NCBI GenBank assembly: GCA_028712365.1
Contig: JAQTQE010000003.1
Location: 20,173 to 84,172, forward strand
Origin: a bacterium
GTDB lineage: Bacteria > CAYTYR01 > UBA6262
Direction of reading: 5' to 3'
Length of the DNA stretch: 64,000 bases
The position numbers and the translations under genes are program-made. Shown here piece by piece: positions 9,422 to 18,822 of this stretch (the first letter of the stretch is position 1; each line of letters begins with the position of its first letter). Under the pieces are notes generated by a model that was given only the letters and a program-made list of their open reading frames with translations, searched no databases and was not told the origin of the DNA.

Positions 9422-10543
9422 CTATAATAATGGGTTTACCAGGTTAGCCACGATCCTGGCTATTGATAATGACCCGGTTAGTCCCGGAGATTCGATCCCG
9501 ATCAGGTTAATTAAACCCGGATATCCCCTGCTTTCCTCATGCTGGATCACAAAATCCCTGAATTCTTCATTAGGACCTTGTAGTTTAGGCCTGATCCCTG
9601 ATGTATCAGGGGTAATATCTTCTACCGTTACCCCAGGAAAAAAACCTTTAATGCTTTCACAAAATACTGCGGCTTTGCCTGTATTTATTTGATAGTCTAT
9701 CCCCTGGACATATTCATCATCCGGGCCAAGCCGGACCGAACCGCCCAGATCAGGGGTAAGATGTATGCCTAAACCACCGCTTCTGGGTTTCGGTACCGGA
9801 TAAATCAAATGATTCACTAGCGATGCCTTGACCGGAGCCAGCCGGAAATAATCACCTTTACAATATTTAAGCCGGTATTCTTCCAGTTCCAGGCCGGCCA
9901 GCGCGGCTACTTTATCCGCTTGCAGCCCGGCACAATTGATAATTATTCTCGTGTCAAAAGAAAAACTTTCCTGCCCGTTATCTGTGACCGTAATTTCATA
10001 ACCGTCGTTTATCCTGGTTATTTTAGTCAATTCAGTATTATAAGCTATCTGCCCTCCGTCTTTTTTGAAAGAAGCAGCCAATTGCTTCATAAAACTGTGC
10101 GTATCAAATATGCCTGTGGACGGCAAAAACAAGGCTGCTTCAGCTTTAATATGCGGCTCCAATTCTTGTAACCTTGTTTTAGTCAATTGTTCCAGGTTTT
10201 TAACGTCATTTTCCCGGCCACGCTGGAAAAGCTTATAAAGATCTTCCTCCTCTTCTTTTACACTGGCGATGATCAATTTCCCTAAACGCTTAAAGGGAAT
10301 ATTATGCTTCTGGCAAAACTCATATAAAAGCCTGTTGCCTTCCAGGCAGGTTTTTAATTTTAACGTATCCAGCGGATAGTAAATGCCAGCATGGATCACT
10401 TCGCTGTTCCTGGAGCTTGTCTCCTGTCCGAAAGAGGGATATTTTTCCACTATAAAAATATCTTGTTGCTGGCGGGCCAATTCCGCCGCCACGCTTAGCC
10501 CTATTACTCCTGCGCCAATGATTGTGATGTTTACTTTTTCCAT
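9422..10543 (-). CDS. FAD-dependent oxidoreductase (L-2-hydroxyglutarate oxidase/dehydrogenase LhgO-like)
   Basis: N-terminal GxGxxG Rossmann (IIGAGVIGLSVA) plus the SSRNSEVIHAGIYYP motif typical of the LhgO/YgaF family. Confidence 0.7.
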   Translation of the reverse strand: MEKVNITIIGAGVIGLSVAAELARQQQDIFIVEKYPSFGQETSSRNSEVIHAGIYYPLDTLKLKTCLEGNRLLYEFCQKHNIPFKRLGKLIIASVKEEEEDLYKLFQRGRENDVKNLEQLTKTRLQELEPHIKAEAALFLPSTGIFDTHSFMKQLAASFKKDGGQIAYNTELTKITRINDGYEITVTDNGQESFSFDTRIIINCAGLQADKVAALAGLELEEYRLKYCKGDYFRLAPVKASLVNHLIYPVPKPRSGGLGIHLTPDLGGSVRLGPDDEYVQGIDYQINTGKAAVFCESIKGFFPGVTVEDITPDTSGIRPKLQGPNEEFRDFVIQHEESRGYPGLINLIGIESPGLTGSLSIARIVANLVNPLL

Positions 10544-10569
10544 AGTTCTGGATTATACCATGATTATGG

Positions 10570-11640
10570 CTACTGCGCCACTTTTTCCTTCTCTGGATCA
10601 AACCAATGGCGGGTCTTATTGGAAAATTTAACCAAACTCAGCATGATCGGCACTTCAGTGAGCACGCCTACGACAGTCGCCAGTGCTGCCCCGCTCTTTA
10701 ATCCAAACAGAGAAATTGCCACAGCCACGGATAATTCAAAAAAGTTGCTCGCGCCAATCATGGCGGCAGGAGAGGCAATAGCGTGGGGTAGATGCCACTT
10801 TTTTGACCACCAGTAGCCGATAAAGAAAATGAAATAGGTCTGGATGGTCAGGGGAACAGCGATGAGGAGGATATGCAAAGGATTCCCGAGAATAATATTA
10901 CCCTGGAAAGCAAAGAGGATAATCAGAGTCAACAATAACCCTATCACTGTAACCGGTTTAAGAGCCTTTAAAAATACCTGCTCAAACCACTCGGCCCCTT
11001 TTCGCTGCAATAAATATACCCTGGAAAGATACCCGCCAGTCAAAGGTACGACTACAAAAAGAATAGTAGAATAGATCAAGGTGTCATACGGCACGGTTAT
11101 CTGGTTCACACCCAATAAGAACTTAACGATCGGAACAAAGGCTATCAAGATCACCAGGTCATTAACCGCTACCTGTACCAAAGTATGGGCAGGATTGCCT
11201 TTTGTTAAATAGCTCCAGACAAAGACCATGGCTGTACAGGGCGCGGCTCCCAATAGTATGGCGCCGGCTATATATTCTTTGGCTAAGGCAGGATCAATAA
11301 TGGCAGAAAACAAATATTTTAAGAAGATTACGGCAAAAACAGCCATAGTAAATGGCTTGATCAGCCAGTTAACTACCAGGGTTACGGCCAATCCTTTAGG
11401 CTTTTTACCAACCCTGACAATGCTGGAAAAATCTATCTGCACCATCATGGGATAGATCATCAGCCAGATCAGGACCGCTACCGGAATATTCACCTGGGAG
11501 ATTTCCAAAGTGCTTAAGAAATTCACTCCCGCGGGAAATATTTTACCGATAATTATCCCGGCAATGATACAAAAAATAACCCACAGCGAAAGATATCTCT
11601 CAAAAAATGGGAGCTTCGCAGTGTTGGGAGTATCACTCAT
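10570..11640 (-). CDS. acr3: Arsenite efflux transporter, ACR3 family
   Basis: N-terminus LPFFERYLSLWVIFCI is the ACR3 signature. About 10 TM segments. Overlaps arsC. Confidence 0.85.
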   Translation of the reverse strand: MSDTPNTAKLPFFERYLSLWVIFCIIAGIIIGKIFPAGVNFLSTLEISQVNIPVAVLIWLMIYPMMVQIDFSSIVRVGKKPKGLAVTLVVNWLIKPFTMAVFAVIFLKYLFSAIIDPALAKEYIAGAILLGAAPCTAMVFVWSYLTKGNPAHTLVQVAVNDLVILIAFVPIVKFLLGVNQITVPYDTLIYSTILFVVVPLTGGYLSRVYLLQRKGAEWFEQVFLKALKPVTVIGLLLTLIILFAFQGNIILGNPLHILLIAVPLTIQTYFIFFIGYWWSKKWHLPHAIASPAAMIGASNFFELSVAVAISLFGLKSGAALATVVGVLTEVPIMLSLVKFSNKTRHWFDPEKEKVAQ

Positions 11641-12070
11641 GAGCAGATATCTCCTTAATAAAAGTTTCTATTTTGGCCTTGATCTGGTCACGTACTTCCC
11701 TGGTTTTCTGCAGTTTCTCCTCCCATGGTCCGGTAAAACCAGCTGGATCAGCAAAACTCCAATGAATAGTCTTGGCCACTCCAGGGAAAAGAGGGCATTT
11801 TTGGGCAGCCCCTTCATCACACACGGTAATGACATAACGATATAATTTCCCTTGTTTAAAAAAATCCATCACGCTTTTAGTCTGGTTTTGGGAGATATCA
11901 ATCCCGATCTCTTTCATCACTTCAATAACCAGAGGATTTAATACTCCTGGTTCCAGGCCCGCGCTTTCAGCGATAAATTTATCATTGGCCAGTTTATTCA
12001 TAAAGGCTTCGGCCATCTGGCTCCTGGCCGAATTATGGACGCAAACAAATAATATCGGTATCGTAGCCAT
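11633..12070 (-). CDS. arsC: Arsenate reductase, LMW-PTPase/thioredoxin-coupled type
   Basis: ILFVCVHNSARSQMAEAF P-loop (CX5R) and downstream Cys residues. Confidence 0.85.
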   Translation of the reverse strand: MATIPILFVCVHNSARSQMAEAFMNKLANDKFIAESAGLEPGVLNPLVIEVMKEIGIDISQNQTKSVMDFFKQGKLYRYVITVCDEGAAQKCPLFPGVAKTIHWSFADPAGFTGPWEEKLQKTREVRDQIKAKIETFIKEISAHE

Positions 12071-12108
12071 TTTTTTCCTCCTGGATATTCCAAAATATTT
12101 AATTAAGC

Positions 12109-12411
12109 TTATTTTTCTACTAAGTATTTCTCAAACAATTCTTTATCCCAATTAAGCTGGGTCCCGGCAGCCTGGAGCGAAGAAAGCAGGATAGCTTCCG
12201 CGACTTCCTGCTTGGTTGCTCCTGCGGCTAATGCGTCTTTGACATGATGTTCCGTGCAATGCGGGCACCTGAATACTGAAGCGACTGCCAACCTGATCAG
12301 TTCTTTAGTTTTCGCGTCTAAAACTGTCCCCTCTTTTGCCGCGTTCGAGAAATGCTGATACGCTGCTCCCAGTGGAGATTGTTTCAAATACCAGGGTGTC
12401 TCATTAGCCAT
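12109..12411 (-). CDS. Carboxymuconolactone decarboxylase / AhpD-like family protein (CxxC)
   Basis: CPHCTEHH motif in an all-α ~100-aa protein. Confidence 0.6.
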   Translation of the reverse strand: MANETPWYLKQSPLGAAYQHFSNAAKEGTVLDAKTKELIRLAVASVFRCPHCTEHHVKDALAAGATKQEVAEAILLSSLQAAGTQLNWDKELFEKYLVEK

Positions 12412-12446
12412 GTTATGCCTCCTTTAATAATTTCTTACAGTTCATT

Positions 12447-13157
12447 TTATCCTTGCTTAGCCGTATATATCAGGTAAACGCCCCCTAATAGAACCAAAAC
12501 ACCGCATATTTTCTTCACTATGACCGCGCCTTTTGATCTTTCAGTCCAGTTAAGATATCCCTGTACTACCTCAGTAAACGTGCCAGCCAGTACGATCACC
12601 GAGATATGCCCGAGCGCGTAAGCCAGTACCAGGATCGCTGCCAATAGCAGATTACTAGCTCCTACGGTAAATGCTACTCCCAGCATTGGCGCCATATAAG
12701 CGAAGGTACAAGGGCCAAGAGCGATGCCAAAGATCAATCCAAGTATGAATGCGGCCCATAATCCTTTTTTTTGGAAGGCCGGCTGGCCAGATTTCCCTAA
12801 AAAAGGCAAGGGGATAACGCCCAGCAGGTGCAAGCCGACCACCAAGAATATTATCGCTACAAAATAATTACCCCAGACACCGACATCTCCCATGATCCGG
12901 CCCAGCAAGCCGGTAATTATCCCAATAAGGGCAATCGTAATAAGAATACCGAATGAAAACAAAGTAGAGAGCAGGAAAGCCCTTTTCGTCGAAATGCGAC
13001 CCTGTTCATCAATAAAACCAATGATCAGGGGAATGCTGGCCAAATGGCATGGGCTCAAAATAATACTTAGCACCCCCCAAATAAAAGAAGCAGTTATGGC
13101 AATCAGAGGATTGGCATAAAGAGCATTACTGAGCCAGGTAAAGAGATTAACCAGCAT
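12447..13157 (-). CDS. ccdA: Cytochrome c biogenesis / thiol-disulfide transporter CcdA (DsbD β-domain)
   Basis: Six TM segments; conserved Cys in TM1 (LSPCHLASIP) and a second Cys (GPCTFAY). Confidence 0.75.
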   Translation of the reverse strand: MLVNLFTWLSNALYANPLIAITASFIWGVLSIILSPCHLASIPLIIGFIDEQGRISTKRAFLLSTLFSFGILITIALIGIITGLLGRIMGDVGVWGNYFVAIIFLVVGLHLLGVIPLPFLGKSGQPAFQKKGLWAAFILGLIFGIALGPCTFAYMAPMLGVAFTVGASNLLLAAILVLAYALGHISVIVLAGTFTEVVQGYLNWTERSKGAVIVKKICGVLVLLGGVYLIYTAKQG

Positions 13158-13531
13158 TATTTAACTCCCTGCTGTTTCAGTATCTTGACCAATTCCTCTT
13201 TAGGGAAAAATCCCATATGACGGAAATATTCCTTACCATCTTTGTCCAGGAAAACCTGGGTAGGGATAGCCCTTATTTGGTATTTTTCACCATATGGCCG
13301 TCCTGCCGCAGTCCATACATCATAAAAGACCACCTCTACCTGTCCCTGGTATTCTTTCTTGATATCTTCCATGATCGGTTGCATCATCTTGCAAGGGACA
13401 CATTTAACCGAGCCTAATTCAATAAAGGTCACTTTTGGGATTAGGTTCGTACTTTTTTTATTACTCGCGGCTATTAAAAATAAGCTTAATATTAATAGGT
13501 ACGCTACTTTTCCTGTTTTTCTAAAATCCAT
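13157..13531 (-). CDS. Exported thioredoxin-like protein
   Basis: Signal/anchor sequence, then a thioredoxin fold with CVPC active site (GSVKCVPCKMM). Confidence 0.7.
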   Translation of the reverse strand: MDFRKTGKVAYLLILSLFLIAASNKKSTNLIPKVTFIELGSVKCVPCKMMQPIMEDIKKEYQGQVEVVFYDVWTAAGRPYGEKYQIRAIPTQVFLDKDGKEYFRHMGFFPKEELVKILKQQGVK

Positions 13532-13749
13532 TGTTTAATCTCCTCTTTAGATGGGATCCTGCCAGCTACCACTACTTTACCATCAATAGCCAAAGCCGGA
13601 GTGATCATCATCCCATAATTCATAATGTCGCTGATTTGGTCTACCTTTACTATTTCAGCGGAGATCCCAAGTTCCTTAACAGTCTCAGTAACTATTCCTG
13701 TTAATTTTCTACATTTCGGGCAACCCATGCCCAGAATTTCAATTTTCAT
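13504..13749 (-). CDS. Small thioredoxin-family protein (redox-active disulfide protein 2-like)
   Basis: MKIEILGMGCPKCRKL… CPKC active site in an ~80-aa thioredoxin-like protein. Confidence 0.6.
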   Translation of the reverse strand: MKIEILGMGCPKCRKLTGIVTETVKELGISAEIVKVDQISDIMNYGMMITPALAIDGKVVVAGRIPSKEEIKQWILEKQEK

Positions 13750-13757
13750 ATTTACCT

Positions 13758-14711
13758 CTATTTTATTACTAGATTAAATAAATATCCTGTGAACATAATC
13801 CCTACGCCAACGATACTAGCAAAGATCAAGATCAATTTTACTTTCATCACTTTTTTCAGGATCAGGAATTCTGGCAAAGAAAGACCGGTAACCGCCATCA
13901 TAAATGCTAAAGCTGTCCCCAGTCCTACTCCTTTTTCTACCAAGGCTTTAACCATCGGAATAACACCCGCGGCATTGGAATAAAGGGGTATACCGATCAA
14001 AGTGGCCAGGGGAACAGCGAACCATTTATCTTTCCCGGCATATTGTGCCAGGAAATCAGCCGGTACATATCCATGTATCCACGCGCCTAAGCCAATACCT
14101 ATTAATACATAGATGGCTATTTTTTTCAAAATATCCAGGGTATAGCTTTTAGCAAAATCCACCCTTTCGCGAAAGCTGGTTTGTCCGGGGACTGCGGCAC
14201 AACAGGCCGGCGTCTTATGAACAATGGTTTCCACCAGGGTTTCTACTTTTAGCATACCTATGACTATCCCTGAAATTATGGCGATAACCAAGCCGCTAAA
14301 AATATAGATTACCGCTATTTTCCAGCCAAACATACCCCAGAGCATCACTAAAGCTACTTCATTGATCATGGGGGATGATACCAGAAAAGAAAAAGTCACA
14401 CCCAGCGGAATTCCGGCTTCAATAAAACCTAGGAATAAGGGAATAGCGCTACAGGTACAAAACGGCGTGACAATTCCCAGCAAGGCGGCTAAAATATTAC
14501 CGATATAGGTGCGTTTATGGCTTAAAATGGCCCTGGTTCTTTCTGGCGGGAAATAAGTACGGATAAAAGAGACTATAAAGATGATGGTGACCAGCAAGAA
14601 GAATATCTTAATCGTATCATAGACAAAAAAGTGGACAGCCGAGCCAAACAGGGTGCTAGCGGACAAGCCTAGTATCCTAAATACCAGCCAATCAGCGAAG
14701 GAAGTTATCAT
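13758..14711 (-). CDS. COG0701-type permease with a TPFCTCS motif (ArsP-like organoarsenical / two-Cys permease)
   Basis: VTPFCTCSAIPLF matches the ArsP/COG0701 TPFcSCS motif; multi-TM; it sits next to arsR. Confidence 0.65.
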   Translation of the reverse strand: MITSFADWLVFRILGLSASTLFGSAVHFFVYDTIKIFFLLVTIIFIVSFIRTYFPPERTRAILSHKRTYIGNILAALLGIVTPFCTCSAIPLFLGFIEAGIPLGVTFSFLVSSPMINEVALVMLWGMFGWKIAVIYIFSGLVIAIISGIVIGMLKVETLVETIVHKTPACCAAVPGQTSFRERVDFAKSYTLDILKKIAIYVLIGIGLGAWIHGYVPADFLAQYAGKDKWFAVPLATLIGIPLYSNAAGVIPMVKALVEKGVGLGTALAFMMAVTGLSLPEFLILKKVMKVKLILIFASIVGVGIMFTGYLFNLVIK

Positions 14712-15079
14712 CTTCCCCTCCCCTTACCGGTGAGACAAAGCCTCGACCGGTCAGCAGCCTTAGCCTGGCGTAAATCGTTTTGTATTACTATATCCTTTGC
14801 CAGCCAGCCTTGAACCAGTCCAGATAATGAGCGGGCATAATCATTTTGCGAATTAATGTAGTAGTTTGTCCATAAACCCTTCTGGTTATCTTCAATGATC
14901 CCGGCGTCTTTTAATATCTTCAGGTGTTTTGAAACACTTGGCTGGGATAATCCTAAAACTTCCCGGATCTCGCACACACACATTTCCCGTTGTTGCAGCA
15001 TTTTTATTATTCGGATCCGGTTTTTATCGGCTAAAGCTTTAATAACTTTTTCTAATTCTTTCAACATTTCTTCCTCCAT
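14708..15079 (-). CDS. arsR: ArsR/SmtB-family metalloregulator
   Basis: Metal site ELCVCEI followed by wHTH (LGLSQPSVSKHLKILKDAGII). Confidence 0.85.
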   Translation of the reverse strand: MEEEMLKELEKVIKALADKNRIRIIKMLQQREMCVCEIREVLGLSQPSVSKHLKILKDAGIIEDNQKGLWTNYYINSQNDYARSLSGLVQGWLAKDIVIQNDLRQAKAADRSRLCLTGKGRGR

Positions 15080-15092
15080 ATTACTATATAAC

Positions 15093-15106
15093 TATATAGC
15101 TATATA
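15093..15106. promoter_or_regulatory. Perfect 14-bp palindrome TATATAGCTATATA 14 bp upstream of arsR (candidate ArsR operator overlapping the promoter)
   Basis: Seen directly in the sequence; its position relative to the arsR start codon and RBS. Confidence 0.3.
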
Positions 15107-15120
15107 ATAGCAAATAAAAG

Positions 15121-15153
15121 AAGTGCTGTCAATAAAAACAGCACCTCTTTTTT
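15121..15153. terminator. Hairpin terminator between arsR and the cbiM/PDGLE operon
   Basis: GTGCTGT…ACAGCAC hairpin with T-tracts on both sides. Confidence 0.45.
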
Positions 15154-15437
15154 TACTTTATTTTTAGTACTTTAGCTAAACCATACCCCAGGACAAAAAC
15201 CAGCAAGGTACCAGCTATCCCGGCAGCAGCAGTGGCTACTTTTTCATTATGAATACCGGGAAAAGTATAATCAGGAATGGGAGAATACACTATCGGCTCA
15301 ACTTCTCCTTTTTCCAGGAAACCATTATCCTCAGCTACCCGCTCCAGACCATCAGGATGCGGTGAAGCGAATGGCGAGAGGATCATAGCTACGAGCAAGG
15401 CTATACCTAAACCGATCAGAATATCTCTCTTATTCAT
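15153..15437 (-). CDS. PDGLE-domain membrane protein (CbiN-like partner of CbiM)
   Basis: SPHPDGLE motif, two TM helices; overlaps the cbiM stop. Confidence 0.6.
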   Translation of the reverse strand: MNKRDILIGLGIALLVAMILSPFASPHPDGLERVAEDNGFLEKGEVEPIVYSPIPDYTFPGIHNEKVATAAAGIAGTLLVFVLGYGLAKVLKIK

Positions 15438-16083
15438 GACTCACCTCCACCAACTGATAGCTATACACCAGATCTGCCCTTACTTTTAGGACATAACTTA
15501 ATACTAAAAACGTAATAATAGCTTCACCGATACCAATGAAAGCATGCACCCCAACCATAGCCGTTAATACTACCTTTAAGGGAATAGTCCCGGAAAAAGC
15601 TAGCTCCAAAGAACAAGCAGTAGCTGCCAACAACACGGAAAACCAGCTCGCCGCAATTATTCCTATTTTCTTACCTACTGCTCCGGGTAATGAAGAGTTC
15701 AATAGTTTATATATTAAATATCCTCCACCAGTGCCGATTAAGGACATATTCACGATATTGGCTCCTAAAGCAGTTAATCCACCATCCTGGAAAATAAGAC
15801 ATTGAGTAGTTAACACCACGGCTATCACCAGGCTACCGGCATATGGGCCAAGCAGCACTCCGGCCAGTACGCCTCCAAGCAAATGCCCGGATGTCCCACC
15901 GGCTATCGGAAAGTTCACCATTTGCGCGGCAAAGATAAACGCGCTCATCACGCCCATTAATGGAATGGTTTTATCATTTAAAATTGCTCTGGTTTTCTTT
16001 AGACAATAGCTAATCCAGCCAATCGCTATAGCCCAGGTTGGAACCCAGGCATTCGGGGTTAAAAATCCATCAGGGATGTGCAT
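15430..16083 (-). CDS. cbiM: Cobalt/nickel ECF-type transporter substrate-capture component CbiM/NikM
   Basis: Canonical N-terminus MHIPDGFL; about 6 TM segments. Confidence 0.85.
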   Translation of the reverse strand: MHIPDGFLTPNAWVPTWAIAIGWISYCLKKTRAILNDKTIPLMGVMSAFIFAAQMVNFPIAGGTSGHLLGGVLAGVLLGPYAGSLVIAVVLTTQCLIFQDGGLTALGANIVNMSLIGTGGGYLIYKLLNSSLPGAVGKKIGIIAASWFSVLLAATACSLELAFSGTIPLKVVLTAMVGVHAFIGIGEAIITFLVLSYVLKVRADLVYSYQLVEVSHE

Positions 16084-16096
16084 TATTTTCTCCTTT

Positions 16097-16993
16097 TTAG
16101 AATGTATAAACCAGGGTCAGCACCAGAGCCGCGGTAGCATCCGTGTTTTTTCCTGAGACTATTCGTTGATAAGCCAGCAGCGCCTGTACTTGGTCATTCG
16201 ACCAGCCAATACCTGGAGTAAGCATAAGGTACTCACTGTTTGAATCATCTATTTTCGTGCCAGTGAGGTCTGTTTTACCCTGATAAAAACCATTAGCTTC
16301 AAAGAGTAAATTCAATCCTTGAAAGATAAAACATTCTATCCCGACATCGCCATTCAAATAAGTCCCGTATTTAGTGGGAACAGTATCAACATCCACTTTA
16401 AGCGGTTGGCTCACGCTGGCATCAGCATGGATAATAAAAGGCTTAGTTCGTTTAGTCAGGATAATCCCCAATCCGGGATCATAAGACCCGCTCCCCCTGG
16501 CATCTGTTCCTAAAACTTCAGGATTCAGGGTTTCGAATTTACCGGTTGGTACTTTTAATTGGCCGACAAGGGTCATCTGAGGAAGATTTGAAGTCTCTTC
16601 CTTCAGGCAGTACCTGGCAAAAATATAGCTATCTCCTAAACCAGCGCTATCCGCTTCCACTCCGGATTGCCGGACAAAATTCTTTTGATAAACAGCTTGC
16701 CCGTCTAATTCCAGTCTGTCTGTAAGACCATACTGCATAAAGATCACGAACTGGTTCGAATTACTCTTATCATCTCCAGGCAAAGAACTATAATTACCAG
16801 AATTATCATAGGTCCCGCGAGTGTTTAAAAAAAACATAATGGGCTGTGTTACAAAATCTCCTTTACTGCACACTGGCGCGGTCCAGGTAGTTACCGGGCC
16901 GGCTGAAGGCGGGCACCACTCTTCTTCGGCTGAAAAAACAGGGACCGAAAGACAACTGCCAGCCAATAATATCAGGACTATTCTGCGTACCAT
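16097..16993 (-). CDS. Outer-membrane β-barrel protein (putative transport channel, 'MetA-pathway/phenol-degradation-like' type); start trimmed to the internal Met with RBS
   Basis: GGAGTGAAAATG RBS at 16993; signal peptide MVRRIVLILLAGSCLSVPVFSAEEEW; alternating β-strand pattern with C-terminal aromatic residues. It is paralogous to 17208..18116. Confidence 0.45.
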   Translation of the reverse strand: MVRRIVLILLAGSCLSVPVFSAEEEWCPPSAGPVTTWTAPVCSKGDFVTQPIMFFLNTRGTYDNSGNYSSLPGDDKSNSNQFVIFMQYGLTDRLELDGQAVYQKNFVRQSGVEADSAGLGDSYIFARYCLKEETSNLPQMTLVGQLKVPTGKFETLNPEVLGTDARGSGSYDPGLGIILTKRTKPFIIHADASVSQPLKVDVDTVPTKYGTYLNGDVGIECFIFQGLNLLFEANGFYQGKTDLTGTKIDDSNSEYLMLTPGIGWSNDQVQALLAYQRIVSGKNTDATAALVLTLVYTF

Positions 16994-17099
16994 TTTCACT
17001 CCTTTTAGTGTTACATAATTATTAATCGTGCTACTCTTAGGCAAAAAAATATTGCCAGCTTCTAAATTTATTTTCCGGCATTTCATGTTTCCTCGCCTT

Positions 17100-17126
17100 G
17101 TGTTACAATTATTAATTAAGTAACAC
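17100..17126. promoter_or_regulatory. AT-rich imperfect palindrome GTGTTACAATTATTAATTAAGTAACAC upstream of the OMP-cbiM operon (candidate metalloregulator operator)
   Basis: 7-bp perfect arms GTGTTAC/GTAACAC flanking an AT-rich core; position upstream of the 16993 start. Confidence 0.25.
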
Positions 17127-17207
17127 AAGAGAGCACCTTTTGTCAATTAAAAAAAAGAAACTCCCATATATTATATGAGAGTTTCTTGCCAATACCCTAT
17201 ATGTCCT

Positions 17208-18116
17208 TTAAAAGGACACCATAAAATTTAATATCCATGTTTCATTAATTAAAGCGTTTTTCCCCGACAAAGGCATTTGGTAGGCAATTGATGTCGTAAA
17301 GTCTTTATAGGTATACCCTATAGCCGGAACAAATTGCAGGTAAGCCACATCAGAATCATCCAAAGAAACCCCATCATCTTCTTCCTCGCCCTGCCAGAAG
17401 CCATTGAGTTCAGCCATAAAATTCACACCGTTTTCCAGAAAATACTCTGCTGCCAGATCATAGGTTATCCAATTACCGTATTGGACCTTAACATCATCAA
17501 TTGTTGCCTCGAATGGATAAAACAGGGAGAAATCAGCATGCAGGATAGCTGGTTTAAATTTTTTAGTAGCAGCCATACCAACACCCAGGTCCATAGAACC
17601 TGTACCGGTAATATCAGTACCCATTTTATCGGCAGAAGCATGCTCATATTTTCCCGTCGGCAATTTCAATTGCAGCATAGCGGTAAGGCAGGGAATCTGC
17701 TTTTGCTCTTCTACCAGGCAATCACGCAAGATCAAATAAGAATCAGCCCAACCGGTTGAGTCTGCTGATTGGTCAGAGATCGTGGCCTGATTTTCAATTA
17801 AAGCGATCTGAGCATCAAGTTCCAGTTTATCGGTTAATCCATATGCGGCAAAGATCATTTGCTGTTGCTGGGTTAATGTAGTATCATCACCAATATTTTG
17901 CTTGTCTCCGTTATTATCATATTGTTTCTTAAAATTGGTGAAATAGAATCGTGGGACCGCATACCAGCTTTTCCCTTCGCAAACTGGCGCAGTCCAGGTA
18001 GTGATCGGCCCGATAGAAGTCGGGCTCCATTCAACCTCACCGGCTGCCAACAAATCGCCGACCGTGAACACCAACCAAAGCAAAGCAATAACAGATGAGT
18101 AAAATATCTGCCGCAT
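17208..18116 (-). CDS. Outer-membrane β-barrel protein, paralog of 16097..16993
   Basis: Signal peptide. Shared motifs with the neighbour: W.P.S.GP.TTWTAPVC and YGLTDKLELD. A terminator hairpin lies downstream (17155-17190). Confidence 0.45.
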   Translation of the reverse strand: MRQIFYSSVIALLWLVFTVGDLLAAGEVEWSPTSIGPITTWTAPVCEGKSWYAVPRFYFTNFKKQYDNNGDKQNIGDDTTLTQQQQMIFAAYGLTDKLELDAQIALIENQATISDQSADSTGWADSYLILRDCLVEEQKQIPCLTAMLQLKLPTGKYEHASADKMGTDITGTGSMDLGVGMAATKKFKPAILHADFSLFYPFEATIDDVKVQYGNWITYDLAAEYFLENGVNFMAELNGFWQGEEEDDGVSLDDSDVAYLQFVPAIGYTYKDFTTSIAYQMPLSGKNALINETWILNFMVSF

Positions 18117-18252
18117 GTTTCCTCCTTTTATGTATTAGCTGCCAATAGGCAAAATGATAGCATAAAATCGTTTTGGCCTCAACTTTTTTTATTTAATTAT
18201 TCCGGCGTTTTGTGCTATTATAAAAATAATTATTCAAGAGAAAGGGGTTGCC

Positions 18253-18807
18253 ATGAAGGAAAAGATCAAGCAGATCGCTATACGCATAAAAGAATTAAGG
18301 GAAATAGCCGGCCATTCCATTGAGACTCTGGCTGCGGAGTTTAAAGTGACTCAAGAAGAATACCTTAAATATGAAAGCGGAAAGGTGGATATCCCGGTCA
18401 GCTTCTTATATGAAGTAGCCCATAAGTTCAAGGTTGAGTTGACTACTCTTTTGACCGGAGGAGAACCACATTTGGAAGGTTATAACCTGGTGCGTAAAGG
18501 CGACGGCCCTAGCGTAGAACGAAGGAAAGAATATAAATATAATGACCTGGCTTATAATTTTAAACATAAGAAAGCAGAGATCTTTCTTGTCACCATAGAT
18601 CCGGATAAATCAGGCGTAACACCCCATTTCTATGCCCATCCCGGGCAGGAATTCAATTATATCCTGGCCGGTTCCGTAAAAATCATTTTGGATGGGCACG
18701 AATTGGATCTTGCGGCAGGTGATTCTTTATATTTCAATTCTACAAAAAAACACGCTTTACAGGCTACCGGGGATACCCCGGCGACCCTCCTAGCGGTTAT
18801 CCTATAA
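18253..18807 (+). CDS. XRE-family HTH regulator with a C-terminal cupin domain
   Basis: N-terminal HTH_3 (IRIKELREIAGHSIETLAAEFKVTQEEYLKYESG) and a C-terminal cupin β-barrel. Confidence 0.75.
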   Translation: MKEKIKQIAIRIKELREIAGHSIETLAAEFKVTQEEYLKYESGKVDIPVSFLYEVAHKFKVELTTLLTGGEPHLEGYNLVRKGDGPSVERRKEYKYNDLAYNFKHKKAEIFLVTIDPDKSGVTPHFYAHPGQEFNYILAGSVKIILDGHELDLAAGDSLYFNSTKKHALQATGDTPATLLAVIL

Positions 18808-18822
18808 TCTAAGGCGGCTATC

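Noticed and set aside
16097-17146. Long N-terminal extension (51 aa) of the OMP ORF
   Set aside because: The internal Met at 16993 has a GGAG RBS and begins a canonical signal peptide. The upstream part is an open-frame run-on.
18117-18252. Cobalamin or other riboswitch ahead of the cbiM operon
   Set aside because: The region is only ~135 bp and is shared with a divergent promoter. No B12-box or conserved riboswitch core was seen.
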